Origin: Geosiphon pyriformis uo1
Lineage: Eukaryota; Fungi; Glomeromycota
Length of the DNA: 64,000 bases
Direction of reading: 5' to 3'
Assembly: GCA_016748015.1 (NCBI GenBank)
Contig: JAAOMT010000664.1
Location: 1,611,892-1,675,891, forward strand
How positions within the stretch are numbered: the stretch's first letter is position 1; each line of letters begins with the position of its first letter. Shown piece after piece: positions 40,253 to 52,460 of this stretch. Below the pieces are notes generated by a model, which was given only the letters and a program-made list of their open reading frames with translations, was not told the origin of the DNA and did no database searches. The position numbers and the translations under genes were made by a program.

Positions 40253-41998
40253 CAGTCAGACCTCCATAAAAGAACCCTCAATAAAAGAACAACCTCTTAC
40301 AAAGAACATTTTTTTATAGAACCAATTGATTAATTAACAATTTTCCCTTTATATAAGAACAATCTATAAAGGAACAAGAACATAATTTTATCAAACGTTT
40401 ATTCGAAATTTACCTTCATATAAGAACAAATATCACGTGCTAGATGTTAATTGGTAATTGGGAAAAGAGTTAGACTTGCTAAATTTCACAATGTCGGAAC
40501 CTTTATTCAAAAAACAAAAACGAGCAGCAGTTAATGATGCTCTTCGTAAAGAAATTTGTCAATATTCCAAAAATTACTATGGCACGAAACATGATGATAT
40601 TGTAGCTTACTTCAATAATAAATATCTAGAACTTCATATTTCTCGTCCAACTGTCTCCAAGATAATCAAAAAGCATACAAAGTGGTTGAATATTGAAATT
40701 GATGAAATCTCAGAAAGATCTATTCAACACAAAAGCGTTAAATTTTCATTATTAGACCAAGCTTTAAGTTATTGGGTAGAACAAGTAACTGCAGCCACTA
40801 TCGAATTCAATGATCAACTAATTAAAGAGAAAGGAAAAGAATTTGCCAAACTTCTTGGTATGCACGAAAATGAAATGCAATTCTCAAATGGATGGGTTCA
40901 AAAATTCAAAAAAATGAAACCAGTTACGTGTTTACCGATATCATGGTGAAGTAGGAAGTGTATCAACTGAAAGTTTACCAGAAGAACGAAGAAAATTAAA
41001 AATCATTATATCCAAATTTGATCCTGCTGACATATATAATGCTGATGAAACAGGATTANNNNNNNNNNNNNNNNNNNNNNNNNNNNNNNNNNNNNNNNNN
41101 NNNNNNNNNNNNNNNNNNNNNNNNNNNNNNNNNNNNNNNNNNNNNNNNNNNNNNNNNNNNNNNNNNNNNNNNNNNNNNNNNNNNNNNNNNNNNNNNNNNN
41201 NNNNNNNNNNNNNNNNNNNNNNNCAAAAAATTAATATTGAATAGTTAAGTAATATAATATATACAGTATTATTATCATTATATATTATATAATTTTATCT
41301 AATATTAATTTATTTTTTAGAAATAAATTAAACATAAAACAAGCAATTGATTATGTTGTTCAATCATGGTTTCAAGTAACATCTGTTACAATTCAAAACT
41401 GTTGGCAAAAAACGGATATTCTTTTCTATAATCAAGAATTAGAAATTCAAGAATCCGAAACATCAATTACTATGGATATATTCAACAATTTACCATCAAA
41501 TCCACAACAATTGGTCAAAAATCTCGAAGATTATACTGTAACAGTTGATAAATTATTGGCAACTGAAAATATTCTTGATAATAATGAAATTGTAGATATG
41601 GTTTTAGCCGATGCTCAAATTGAAACCAATACAATTAATGACTTGGAAGAAGAATTAGAAGAATTTCCACCTGCTATAATTACAATTACAGAAGCATATA
41701 AAGCATTAAAAAAGGTAATTAGATTTGAAGAGCAATTAACAGAAGAAAATTTTAGTATAGAAAACCAAAATTTACTTAGAAAAAAATTATATGAATACAA
41801 AAAAATGAAGGAAATTCTAAAAAACAGGTAACAATTAATCAATATTTTAATAATAATAATAATAATAATAATAATTGATTGATTTAATAAATAAATCTAG
41901 TTTATTTGATAATAATTATAAAACTCTATAATAGAACACCTCTAAAATGGAATATAATTTGCATGTCCCAACTGTGTTCTTTTATAGAGGTCTGACTT
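40253..41998 (+). mobile_element. pogo/Tigger-like Tc1-mariner DNA transposon with 23-bp TIRs and TA TSD
   Basis: TA-CAGTCAGACCTCCATAAAAGAAC ... GTTCTTTTATAGAGGTCTGACTT-TA (21/23 match); subterminal repeats of the ATAAAAGAAC motif. Confidence 0.93.
40491..41831 (+). pseudogene. pogo/Tigger (CENP-B HTH + DDE) transposase, frameshifted, partly in an N gap, probably intron-containing
   Basis: ISRPTVSKII, FSNGWVQKFKK, then in a shifted frame HGE...DIYNADETGL; after an AG at 41320, IKQAIDYVVQSWFQVTSVTIQNCWQKT and an acidic tail. Confidence 0.88.
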
Positions 41999-42299
41999 TA
42001 TTAAAATTGAAAAAATCGAACTTTTTTTTGTAAATTAGAAAAATATTTTACACAAATCGAATATATTAATATTAATTAACAATTACTACTTATTATAATA
42101 CAACAAAAATTACTTTAAAATAAATATGGTTTTTGTTTTAATTATATATATCTTGTTACTTGGATTAATTAATACTGTATTATATATTATTTAATAATAT
42201 TAATAATACATCAAAAATCTTAAAAGCTTTACAAAATCTATTAAAAATAATTTGTAAACTTATTATTAAATCAAAATTTACTAACAAACTATGTATAAA

Positions 42300-42890
42300 A
42301 CTCTTTTTGTAAACAAATCTTTTAAACTTATAATAAAATAACCAATTTTGTATTAATACTTTTTATGTAGTTATTTTGCAATAAAAATTAACTCTTTGAA
42401 AAGAATTTTTTATTATAAACTTATAATAACTTTGTAGTAAAAGTTGATTTTTTTTTCAAAAATCTTAATTTAAATATTTTAATAATATAAAAAATAAAGT
42501 AAAAAAATATTTTCTGTTCAAGTTTAAAATAATTAAATTATTATTAAAATTAAAATTAATTAATTTTAAAACAGCTAATTATAAAAAAAGTTTTCGTTTT
42601 TTAAAAATAAAATATTATTTTGTTAATTTATAATAATTAATTAATAAATAAATTGAAAATTTAATGTATTTTTTTAAAAAAAGAAGTTCTTTTTTATATA
42701 TTTTATTGTAGTATTATTTAAATTTTAACACATTTTTTTTGTTAATATTTTTATAAATTTAATTATTATATTTATTTATACTTGTATATTATGCAAATTA
42801 AATTATTAATTAAATAATAAGTAATAAAAACAAAACAAAATTATGTACTAATTAATAATTTAAATTTTACTTAATAATATTGACAACTAA
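42300..42890 (-). mobile_element. Eroded partial LTR of the Gypsy-3 family
   Basis: TATGTAGTTATTTTGCAATAAAATTTAACTCT resembles 62836-62870; the segment is duplicated at 43290-43900. Confidence 0.55.
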
Positions 42891-43147
42891 ATATGTTTTT
42901 TATAATCAATAATTAAATTATAAACAAAATTAATAATACATTAATTAATATTAAAAACAAGTTAAAATTTCAAAAAAATGTTTTTATACCAATTCTTAAA
43001 AACATACAATTATATAAAAATAATTAAATATAATAATATTAATAAAAATATACAAAACCCAAAATTAACAGCAAAATAACTTAATAAAACTATTTATTAA
43101 CTAATATATTTTTTAATAATTATTTTTTTAATAATAATATTTAATAT

Positions 43148-46100
43148 TATTATAAGAAATTTTAGTTTTTTCTTAAATATTATTAATATTGTTTTGTTAT
43201 TAAATTTGTTGTTAATAAAAATTACTAAATTTTTAATAAGCTAATTTATTTTTAAAATATCTTTTTATTGAATTTATAATAAAATAATTAATTTTATGTT
43301 AATTATTTATGTAGTTATTTTACAATAAAATTTAACTTTTCTATAAGCATTTTTAATTATAAACTTTTTAATAATATATAATTATTTTGTAATAAAAATT
43401 AATTTTTTTACAAAAAAAAAATTTTTTATTTAGATCTAAATTGACTAAGTAATTATTAATTGGTAACTGATTAATTTTAGAATATTAATTAGAATTTGTA
43501 AATTTTAAACAATAATAATTATAAAAATTTTATTTGATTATTTTGTAATAACTAATTGTTTATTATCTTGAATTTAAGATAATATATATATTTTTAAAAA
43601 GAAAAGCTTTTTTTTATATAACTTATTATAATACTATTTTATGTTATCGTATTATTTTTGCTAATATTTTGATAACCTAAAAATATATTTTGGCAAACTA
43701 CAAATTATTTCAACAACTATTAATTATTTTGGTAAATTGTTAAATATTTATTAAATTTCTAAATATTTAACAAAAATTTTAAATGTTATATAGTTCAAAA
43801 TATTAAATAATTTAATCATTATATTTAGTTATATTTGTGTATTATACAAATAAATTATTAATTAGATAATAATATTTGATAATTTAATTAAATATTAAGT
43901 AATAAATTAAAATAATATTGTATACTAATTGATAATAAGAATATAAAAATAATTTTATGCTAATTAATAACTCAATTTTTTATTAATAACATAATTTTTT
44001 CTTTAAAACTAAGTTCTATTAAAGTTTAAATACTATTTGTAATTTTTAAATAATAATTCAAAATTATAAAAGTAATTTGTTAAAATTTTAATTCTATAAA
44101 CTTTTAATATATTGAATTTTATAATACTATTTAGTTAATAATAATCAATACAAAATTTAATTTTTTTATTTTTTTTAACAAAAATTACTGATAAAATTTT
44201 ATAAACTTATTAATAGTTAAATAAATTTATTATTAAGTATTTTTTTTATTTTTTTTAATAAACTAATGATTAACAAGTAATATTTAATAGATTCGTTGTT
44301 ATTTTGATTTGTATTTTTTGTGTAAATTTAGTATTAAACCAAATCAGTTTTTTTAAATTGTTGTTGTTTTCTGTAAATATGTTAACATATATTGTAATAA
44401 GCTGTTTAAGTTGTTTTTGCTAGCATAGTTCTAATTGTTTCATGTTAATTTAAAATAATTTTTTTATAATATAATAGTTTTTAATAATAAAAGTGTTTTT
44501 GAATTTTGGAAGTAAATGTTTAATAATTTTTGTAAAATTTGAAACTTTTTGTAACAGTTTCTTTTAAAAAATATTACTAGATATAATTCCGATTTTTAAA
44601 TAATTAACTAATATAATAAAATAACTATTAGAATTTTTTTGATTTTTTTGAATAAATAAATATTAAGAATTAAAATTTCATGTTTTTAGTAAATTTGTTT
44701 ATTAAATTTAAAGATTTGTTGAATAATATAATAATTTGTTTAAAAATATTACTTTTTTTAATATTAATAGACTATTTCTAGTCAGTAAATTTTTAATGTC
44801 TACTTTTTTTTTCTGAAAATTTTTTTTTTGTTTTATTATTATTAATTATATCTTTAAAAATTTATTTTTAAATAATTTTTGTACTTTTTTTATTTTTTTT
44901 AAAAGTAATAAGCTAATAAGTTCTTAATTTTTGTAATAAATTTAACAAAATATGTATTTATTACAAAAAAATACAGAAATTTGTTGTACTAATATTAAGC
45001 ATAAAAACAATATTATTAATAATTGTATTTGGTTTTCTTGTTAGATTTTTTGTTAAAAGTTTTTTAAAAAATATTATAATAAAGCTAGTAAATCAGTTTG
45101 TTATTAATTATAATTCTTTTTTTATAAGTTTTAATATTGTTTAAAAACTTGTTATTATTAATAAAAATAGTATAAACAAGTTTAACAATTTTTTTGGTTT
45201 GTTTTTATTTTCTTTATTGTTGCTTTTTTTATTTTTTTATTTATTTAATTGTTTTTTTTTTTATTTTGTTTTGTTTCTAAAGAGATTATTTATTGAAAAT
45301 ACTTAATTATAATAAGTTTTTTATTATATTTAATAATTAGTTTACAAAGTTTGTAATTAAGCAAAGCTTTAATTTTTTAAACTATTTATTGTTAACAATA
45401 ATAGTATATTTTTTGGCTTTTAAAACTTTTATATTAATTTAATACAAATATTATTAATATAAACAAAAACAGTTTTAATTATATTAAAATTTTTTTTAAA
45501 AATAAATTATTAATTAGTCAAAAATAATATGTATTAAAGTTTTATAAAATTTTTAATAATAAAATAAAATTTAAATTTTTGTATAATTTTTAAAAGTTTT
45601 AACTTAGAAAAATTTTTAAAATTTTTGCTTTTAATTATTTATTGATTTTAATAATTAATATAGTAATTTTATTAGGATTTAAAATAAAATTAACTTTGGC
45701 TTTTTTTTTTGTAAAATTAAAAAAGTTAATAATTAGTTTATTTATGTTATAATTATTATTAATTAAGTTAAATACATAAAAAAAAAATTTTTGATTGGTT
45801 TGTACTCTTATTTTTTGAAAGTGTGTTTACTAATTTAAAAAATAATAAGTAATAAATTTAATAAAAAAATCTTTTTTAAAAAATTTATGTTAACATAATT
45901 AAGTTTTTAATTAAAAGTATTGTTATTATTAATTTTATTGTTTTGATTATTATTGTTTTTAAAAAATAGTAGAAGCAAAAATAAATTGTATAATTTTTTG
46001 AAAAGTATTTAGTTAATTTATAGTAATAATATACAATTTTGTTGTTTTTAATTATATAATAATTGTTAAAACTAATTAAAACAAAATTTAAATTTAGATC

Positions 46101-46900
46101 TTTAAAATTATTAGATTTTTTTTACTATTTATGTTAATAGTTTTAATAATAAAACAAAATTAATAATAAATCTATTTTTTAGCTATTTTATTTAAGTTTT
46201 AAGTTTAAATAATAAAAAATATAACAGTTATTTAAAAAATAAAAATAAAAACTAAAAATATAGATTTTAAAAGTATTTTTTGGTTATTTTTTATTTTTTG
46301 GACAAATTTAATAATTATATTTATTGTAAAATTATTTTTTAAAGCCAAAAAAAGCCAAAAAGTATATAATAAATTAATTTTTAAATTTTTTTGTAAAAGA
46401 ATGAATTTTTTGTTTTTTAGTCTAGTTTTTTTTAAAATCTATTTATTAAATTGACTTTTTTATAACTTTAACATATTTAGTTACAACTTTATTAAAGTTT
46501 TGAATTTTTTTTCGGTTTTATGTGTTATTTAGAAATTAAAATTAAAATTCTAAACTTTTGTTTAAATTAGATAATAAAAAAAGTATTATTTTTTTTAATA
46601 TTTTTAAAAATTTATCTTTTTATTTTTTAAAAAGCACTAATATTAATTTTTTGTAAAAACCAGATAACAAAAAAAATTTAAAAATAATTATCAACAATTT
46701 GAAATTAATAAGTATTATTGTATTAATTAATTGTTGCTGCTTTTTTAAAGTTATCTAATTATTTAATTAAATTTTGTGTATTATTTTTAAATAAAAATAA
46801 TAAAATATTGTTTTTTTACTTTAAAACAATTTGTATGTTTTAAAAAATAACCAAAATATGATTTGTACAAAATTAGTTATTGGTTTAAAGTAGCTATTTT
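43148..46900 (-). mobile_element. Eroded, deletion-riddled Gypsy-3 family element (3' LTR ~43148-43991, PPT, end of extra ORF, RT N-terminal and gag relics)
   Basis: 43600-44120 aligns to 63170-63680 mostly by transitions; SVIFVKKNKKIKFCIDY (Gypsy RT) near 44145-44195 on the minus strand. Confidence 0.65.
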
Positions 46901-47060
46901 TGTAAAAAAAAATAATTTACTTAAAAAAAACCTGAAAACAAATACAATTTAATAATTTTTTTTTGTTTTAAATAAAGTTTTAAATATTTAATAAACAGTT
47001 ATTTAAAATAATTTAGTAATTTAGATATTATTATATAATATTATATAAATATATAATAAA

Positions 47061-49343
47061 ACTCTTTGTCTCCTTAATTTTATAACTACGACCAGAACAA
47101 AGAGTAAAAAGACTGCACCTGATATCTGTTCTAAGATATCTAATAAAATTTCAATCAGAGGAACTCTTTTTGTTGTAGAAGCAACTAGGCAAAACGTTTT
47201 AGAAGCCTTCCCCTTATCCAGTAATTGTAAAAAGCTGCCTTTGGTAGCCACTGAATCAACTTTTTCATTTTTGGCTGGTTTTTTACCAGTCAAAGTTCTT
47301 TTAAAGAAACACACTTGGGTTAGTCCCAGTGTTGCCTCCACCCCGACTAAGAGCCCAAAAGTTTTTAATAATAGACCAGTAAATAAGCTGGTCTTCCCCT
47401 CTATAGACTCAACACCTGGTGTTTCTGGCACCACCTCTTCAAAAAAAATAGTTAAAAAGACCAAAAGTTCAGAAAAGTGGGGGCAGTTATTTGCCTCTGC
47501 TATTGTTACACTGAACCTCTTTGTGGTTCCCAATGAGATCTTAGATGAGATCTCAGTAGTATCATCTAGTATGTCATCCAAGATGGGCCAAGATCAACCA
47601 CTGGCTGTGTTGCCAAATGTGGTGTTTTCCAGCAGATCATTGCCAGTTTTAGAAGCAAAACAATTTCCTCCTGTTGGGTCACCTGTTCTTAAAAACTGGG
47701 CTGATTAAATGGAAACTGATTCATCTCCTTCTCTAGTTTCTGGCACTACTTCTGGTGGTGCTTGGAAAACTATTACTAGTTGTCAAAGGTTTGCTGGATG
47801 AGTGGCCTCCACTCTGGTGCCTGGTGCTACTTTTAAGATCAAATTGGCTCATGTTAAGACTGTTTTTCAGTCTGTGCATGGTTTCTTGGGTGCTAAATCT
47901 GTTTTAAAAGACAATGTGAAGCTTTTCTGTATGGAGTTTGCTTCTCAACAGTCTTTAGAAACTGTGTTTCTGGTTGAGCTTACAAGCTCTGTTCATTTGG
48001 CCACTCTCAAAATTGCCAAGTCTTTGGTGGTTTCTAAATCTGGTTCCTCTTCTGCTGCTGTTGCACTGTGTGATGTACTTTTGGGTGTGTCTGCTGCTGA
48101 CATTAAGTTGGCTTTCAGTGTGTTTGGTAGTGTCACTCATGTTGTGCTGAAGTCTGCTGGCATTTAACAGTATGTGGTGGTTTATTTTGAAAAGTTGGAT
48201 TCTGCTGTGTCTGCCTTGAAGCATTGGTCAGTCTTGGTGGACAAGGATAATATTAGAATCCTCTTTCTGGTGAATCAAAATAAGACTATTTTGTCTCGTG
48301 ATAAGTTTAAGGCCAAATTGGTCAACCTTCTCCCTGGCTGTACTGCTTTTGAAATCAGTGATATGATTTCTGAGATTGGTGGTCAAACATGTTTCATCCC
48401 TCATTTTCCTGATTCTGGTTGTTGTTCCCAGTTTGTTTTGATTACATTTGACTCTCAAGATGATTTGGATTCTGCTATAGTCAAGACTGGTACTCTAAGA
48501 AAATGCCATATCTGGTGAGAAACTCTTGGCTGTTGGCACTGCTTTAGGTGTCAAGAAATGGGCCATCTGGCCACGGATTGCAAGATTTTTCTACCTTCTA
48601 CTCTTAAGGTTCCCAAGGTTTTCAAGTCTTGTTTTGTGAGTTCTGCTTCATATGCCAAGACTGGTGCTCCTTCTGGTCTTTCTGAGTTTCCTCCTTTAGT
48701 GGTTTTTTTAGCTGCTTCTGCTACTGATCCTGCTGTTAGTTCCAGGTTGGACTCTTTGGAAAAGCAGATTTCGGATTTGGTTGCTCTGGTTAAGTCTATT
48801 GTTGAGCCTGTTGGTTCTTTGGTTGCTTTAATATTTCATTTTCTTGATGATAATGCCGTTAAGACTGTTCAGGTTGAGAAAGATATTGTTTCCATGAAGA
48901 GTGTTGCTAACAATTTTTCTAACTTCATGGTTGGAGTTTCCAAGAACATTGCTTGTCTTAGATCTGAGGTTGATTTTGGTGATATGGATTATAATAGTGT
49001 TCTGGCTGCTAAGCCTTTCTTTTTAAGTGAGGACACTATTGAGCATGTTATTGCTTTGTGACAAATATCTGGTGCTGAAACCAGGGGCAATATTGAGTCT
49101 ACTAGATTGTTTTTTAGTGAGTTTATTTTTGACTCTAGGAATCTGAATGGTATCATTGAGAGAATTTGTGGGTTGGGATTATTCTCACCTACTTTTGATT
49201 TAGCGTAGTGAGTTTTTGATTGGGCTGAGTGTCTAATCACATGTAGAAAATGCATGATTTACGGCTATAATGTAATCCCTTCTATGGTATCATAGTTTAG
49301 GTAGTATTTGGGTCTCACTCGTTAAAATATAATAATAAAAAAA
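47061..49343 (+). mobile_element. ORF1-only (HAL1-like) non-autonomous non-LTR retroelement
   Basis: One ORF1-type gene followed directly by the LINE-type 3' tail and an A-rich end; no endonuclease or RT sequence. Confidence 0.8.
47082..49208 (+). pseudogene. ORF1/Gag-like RNA-binding protein, 708 codons in one frame (start ATG>ATA; five transition-derived stops)
   Basis: ORFs at 47241, 47802, 48174 and 48558 share one frame; DIKLAFSVFGSVTHVVLK and KAKLVNL..GGQTCFIP (RRM-like); CFRCQEMGHLATDC; RLDSLEKQISDLVALVK coiled coil; ends FDLA*. Confidence 0.88.
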
Positions 49344-49619
49344 TTATATAATAGTTTTTTTAATATATTTAAGTACTTTTTTTCAAAAACTGAACTGATA
49401 TCTATCTATTTTTTGAAGTTTTTTCTAAAACTTGCAATTATTTAATGTTTTTTTAATTTAAAAACACAAAATATTAATATTTTTCTTAATTTTTACAATA
49501 AAACTTTTATTAATTAATAACAACAGAAATAATTTTAATTAAAGATTATTTTTTTTAAAAATTCAGTTGATAAATAATAGTTTTATTTAGTAAATAATAT
49601 TAGTAAATTTTTTAATATT

Positions 49620-50999
49620 TTTTGCCAGTGGTGCGGCAGCTTTTTTTCCTGCTATTGATATGAGTATTGGCATTAGGGTTGATGGGCTGTTGTCTTCTAC
49701 TATGGCTGAACTGCAAGCCATTGCTTTGTCTTTAGAGTGTGTTCTGTCTTCTTGTACAGTAATCATGCATGTTGATAGCCAAGTGGCTATTGATGCGTGC
49801 ATTTCTAAAATGTTGTTATTTGTGCCTGATTTCCACTCCTTTTGTTGGTTGGAGAGATGCCGGATTTTTGATTTGGTTTGTGAAAAGGATCTTTCTGTAT
49901 ATTGGGTTAAGATCAAAGGGCATTCTGGGGTTGTTGATAATGTTAGGACTGATGCTGCTGCTGGGAATGCTGTTTTTTCTTGTTTATCTTTGCCTGTTGG
50001 TGTCCGGGAATGCTTTTTGGTTGCTGAGAATACACCGGTCTCTGGCAATACTCATCATTTTGTTCGGAATTTGTATAAAGCTGTTTGCCGTACATGGTGG
50101 GAGGTGGGACCTGGCCGTGATGTGATTCCTGGTGTGCTGATTGAGGCCATAATTTGGAATGCTACTGTTAGGGTGTGGCATCCTGATTTACATATACTTG
50201 CTGGTTTTATTAGTCAGAGGTTTTCTTGTCTTCGCATGTATTTAATAAAAGCTGTGCACCGATGGCTTCCTGTGGCAGTTAGGAAACGTTTATATGATAA
50301 ATTGTACCCTGGTGTGCTGTGCTTATTGTGTTGTGAGGTGGAGTTACCAGACCATGTTTTTACGTGTTTTCATGATGTGGAAGTTCGCAAGAAGGTTTTG
50401 GTCACAGCATGTTCAGACTGGCTGTCCGTGGTTGGTTCTCATGGCTTGTTATTCTCTGCTGTTTTGCAATCTCTTGGTCAGTGTTCTTTGGACATTGGTT
50501 TGTATTTGGTTCTGTGTAAAGAGTTTGTGCTAAGGGAGTGGTGTAAAGAGATAGTAGAAATTATGGATGGTAAGGAGGAGGCTGTCAGCACTGTGGTTGG
50601 TTTTGTTGGGCGTTTAGTTGAGCTATATCGCTCTAAAGCCTGGTTGGCGAGATTAGCATTTAGGGTGAGAATGGAAAAGACTGGTCTGGTTGGGAATGAC
50701 AGTTTGTTTTCTGGTTTGTCTCATTGCTCGGGTTTTTTGTTGTCCGATAAGGTGGTGAGAATGCTTGGCGTCACTGGCTCTTTTGCTGTTAAGTTTGGCT
50801 GTCGCAGATTTTACCTTTTTTTCTCTGGTCTGGATGGTAGTCTTAGTGTTAATATAGATGTGTAGTGTTGTCTTGTCTGGCCTGAGTGGCTAGCCACATG
50901 TAGAAAGTGTGTGAACTGCATTTAGTTTGAGCCTCTTAGTTTGGTTCTATGTATTAGATAGCAGTTAGACTACATTCGTTAAACTTAAAAAAAAAAAAA
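49620..50999 (+). mobile_element. LINE-D: 5'-truncated LINE (RNase H + Cys-rich C-terminus, 3' tail, poly-A); relatively young
   Basis: 401-aa open frame: STMAELQAIALSL, HVDSQVAI, WVKIKGHSGVVDN, CLLCCEVELPDHVFTC; A-run at 50987-50999; retains many CpGs. Confidence 0.95.
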
Positions 51000-52071
51000 T
51001 ATTTTTAATCATAATAATTTGGTTTTTAATATTATTTTTAATTTTTTCTTAATTTAAAGATTCTTTTGAATATTTATTTAAAATAAAAGTTTAAAAGATA
51101 ATTAAAATAAAGAATTAAAAATTAATAAGATTAAACTATTGGATTAATTGTTGTTTTTTTTAATATTAAAATTACTATATATATATATATATATTTGTAG
51201 TTTTATAAGAAAACATATTATAATATTCTTTTTTGATATTTTAATCTGATGTTTACTATTATTACCAATTGGTATATATTATTATTATAAATTAATACTT
51301 ACTGCTATCACAAAAATAGTGTAAAATAAATTAATATTTTTTTAATTAAGTGATAATAATATGGATTTAGATAATAATAAGTAATGATCATAAACTCATT
51401 AATAGTTGAATTAATTTGTTGTTCAACATTTAGTTGATTTCTTATAAAATGATTTTATGGCTGGTAAGTAGTATTCTGTATGTTTTTTGTTTAATTAACA
51501 TTGGATCTCCAATTTTGATTTGATGCTAAATAATATTAGTTCTGCCAAATTTATTTTTACTGGCAAAAATGTTATTAAAATTGTTGAGTAATATCTTAAG
51601 TTGTATTTGTTGAAGTGAATCTAAATTCTTTAAGTTTATTTGCTTCAACTGTTTTAATTGTAGTAAATATCATTTTTTTGTTTGTAGATTGTTTGTAATA
51701 TAATATTTACATATTCATATAGTTATAAAATGTTTGGAATAGTAGTTGATAATTAATTCTTAACTTTAGTGCTTAAGTATTTAATAATGGTTTTGCTTAG
51801 TATTTTTATAGGGTTTTCAAGTATATTGTATATTAGAATCTTAATGTGTTTGTGGTTTTTGGCTAATATGTAAAGATTGATAATATCAATCTTTCCTAAT
51901 TTACAAATGTTTGGTTCTACTTTAAAAATTTGGGGTTAATTTTTTACTTTCCTCTTAATAGTTAATATATGCTGATTATATAATAGAATAGAAATAAATT
52001 AATTGGTAAAAATAATTTTTTTTTTATTAATGGTTTTTTTTCCACTATATTAATTTGCACTTTTATTCTAC

Positions 52072-52460
52072 TTGTAAATCTAAATTTATTTATTTCTTTT
52101 GTTGTAATCTTAGATTTTTTTCTTATTTCTACTGACATTAATTAAGCTATTTTAACTAAAAACAAAAATATTGCCTATGCTATCTTTTTATTTGGTTCAA
52201 TTGTGTATGGTTTTTCTAATTCATTTTGTAATATTACAATAATATTTTCTATATATTTTGCATCAATTATTTCTCTTCTAATATTAATTTTTTTTTTGCT
52301 AAACTAAATTTAAATGCTAATTGTACCATTATGGTTGCCAGAATTTCTAGTACTATTTTTAAATCAATGTTGATATACAAATGAGATTTCAGTTTAATGG
52401 CAGTTTTTCTGGATATCTGAAATCAAATCTTATATTAGTATTATGTGCATATCCTGGTCT
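52072..52460 (-). pseudogene. dUTPase domain within the Gypsy pol
   Basis: AHNTNIRFDF (~AGFDL), AFKFSLAKK (~RSSL), EIIDAKYIENI (~GIIDAGYxG), KKIA*AIF (~KIAQ), KFRFT (~GFGST); most differences are explained by transitions. Confidence 0.8.

Noticed and set aside
40253-40430. CRISPR-like spaced repeats
   Set aside because: Short, degenerate, irregularly spaced transposon subterminal repeats; eukaryotic context and no cas genes
47045-49345. TSDs for the LINE and HAL1-like insertions
   Set aside because: Candidate ATAATAAAA-like matches are too low in complexity to trust
47021-50533. Antisense and alternate-frame ORFs over TE genes
   Set aside because: Shadows of the real frames with no independent motifs
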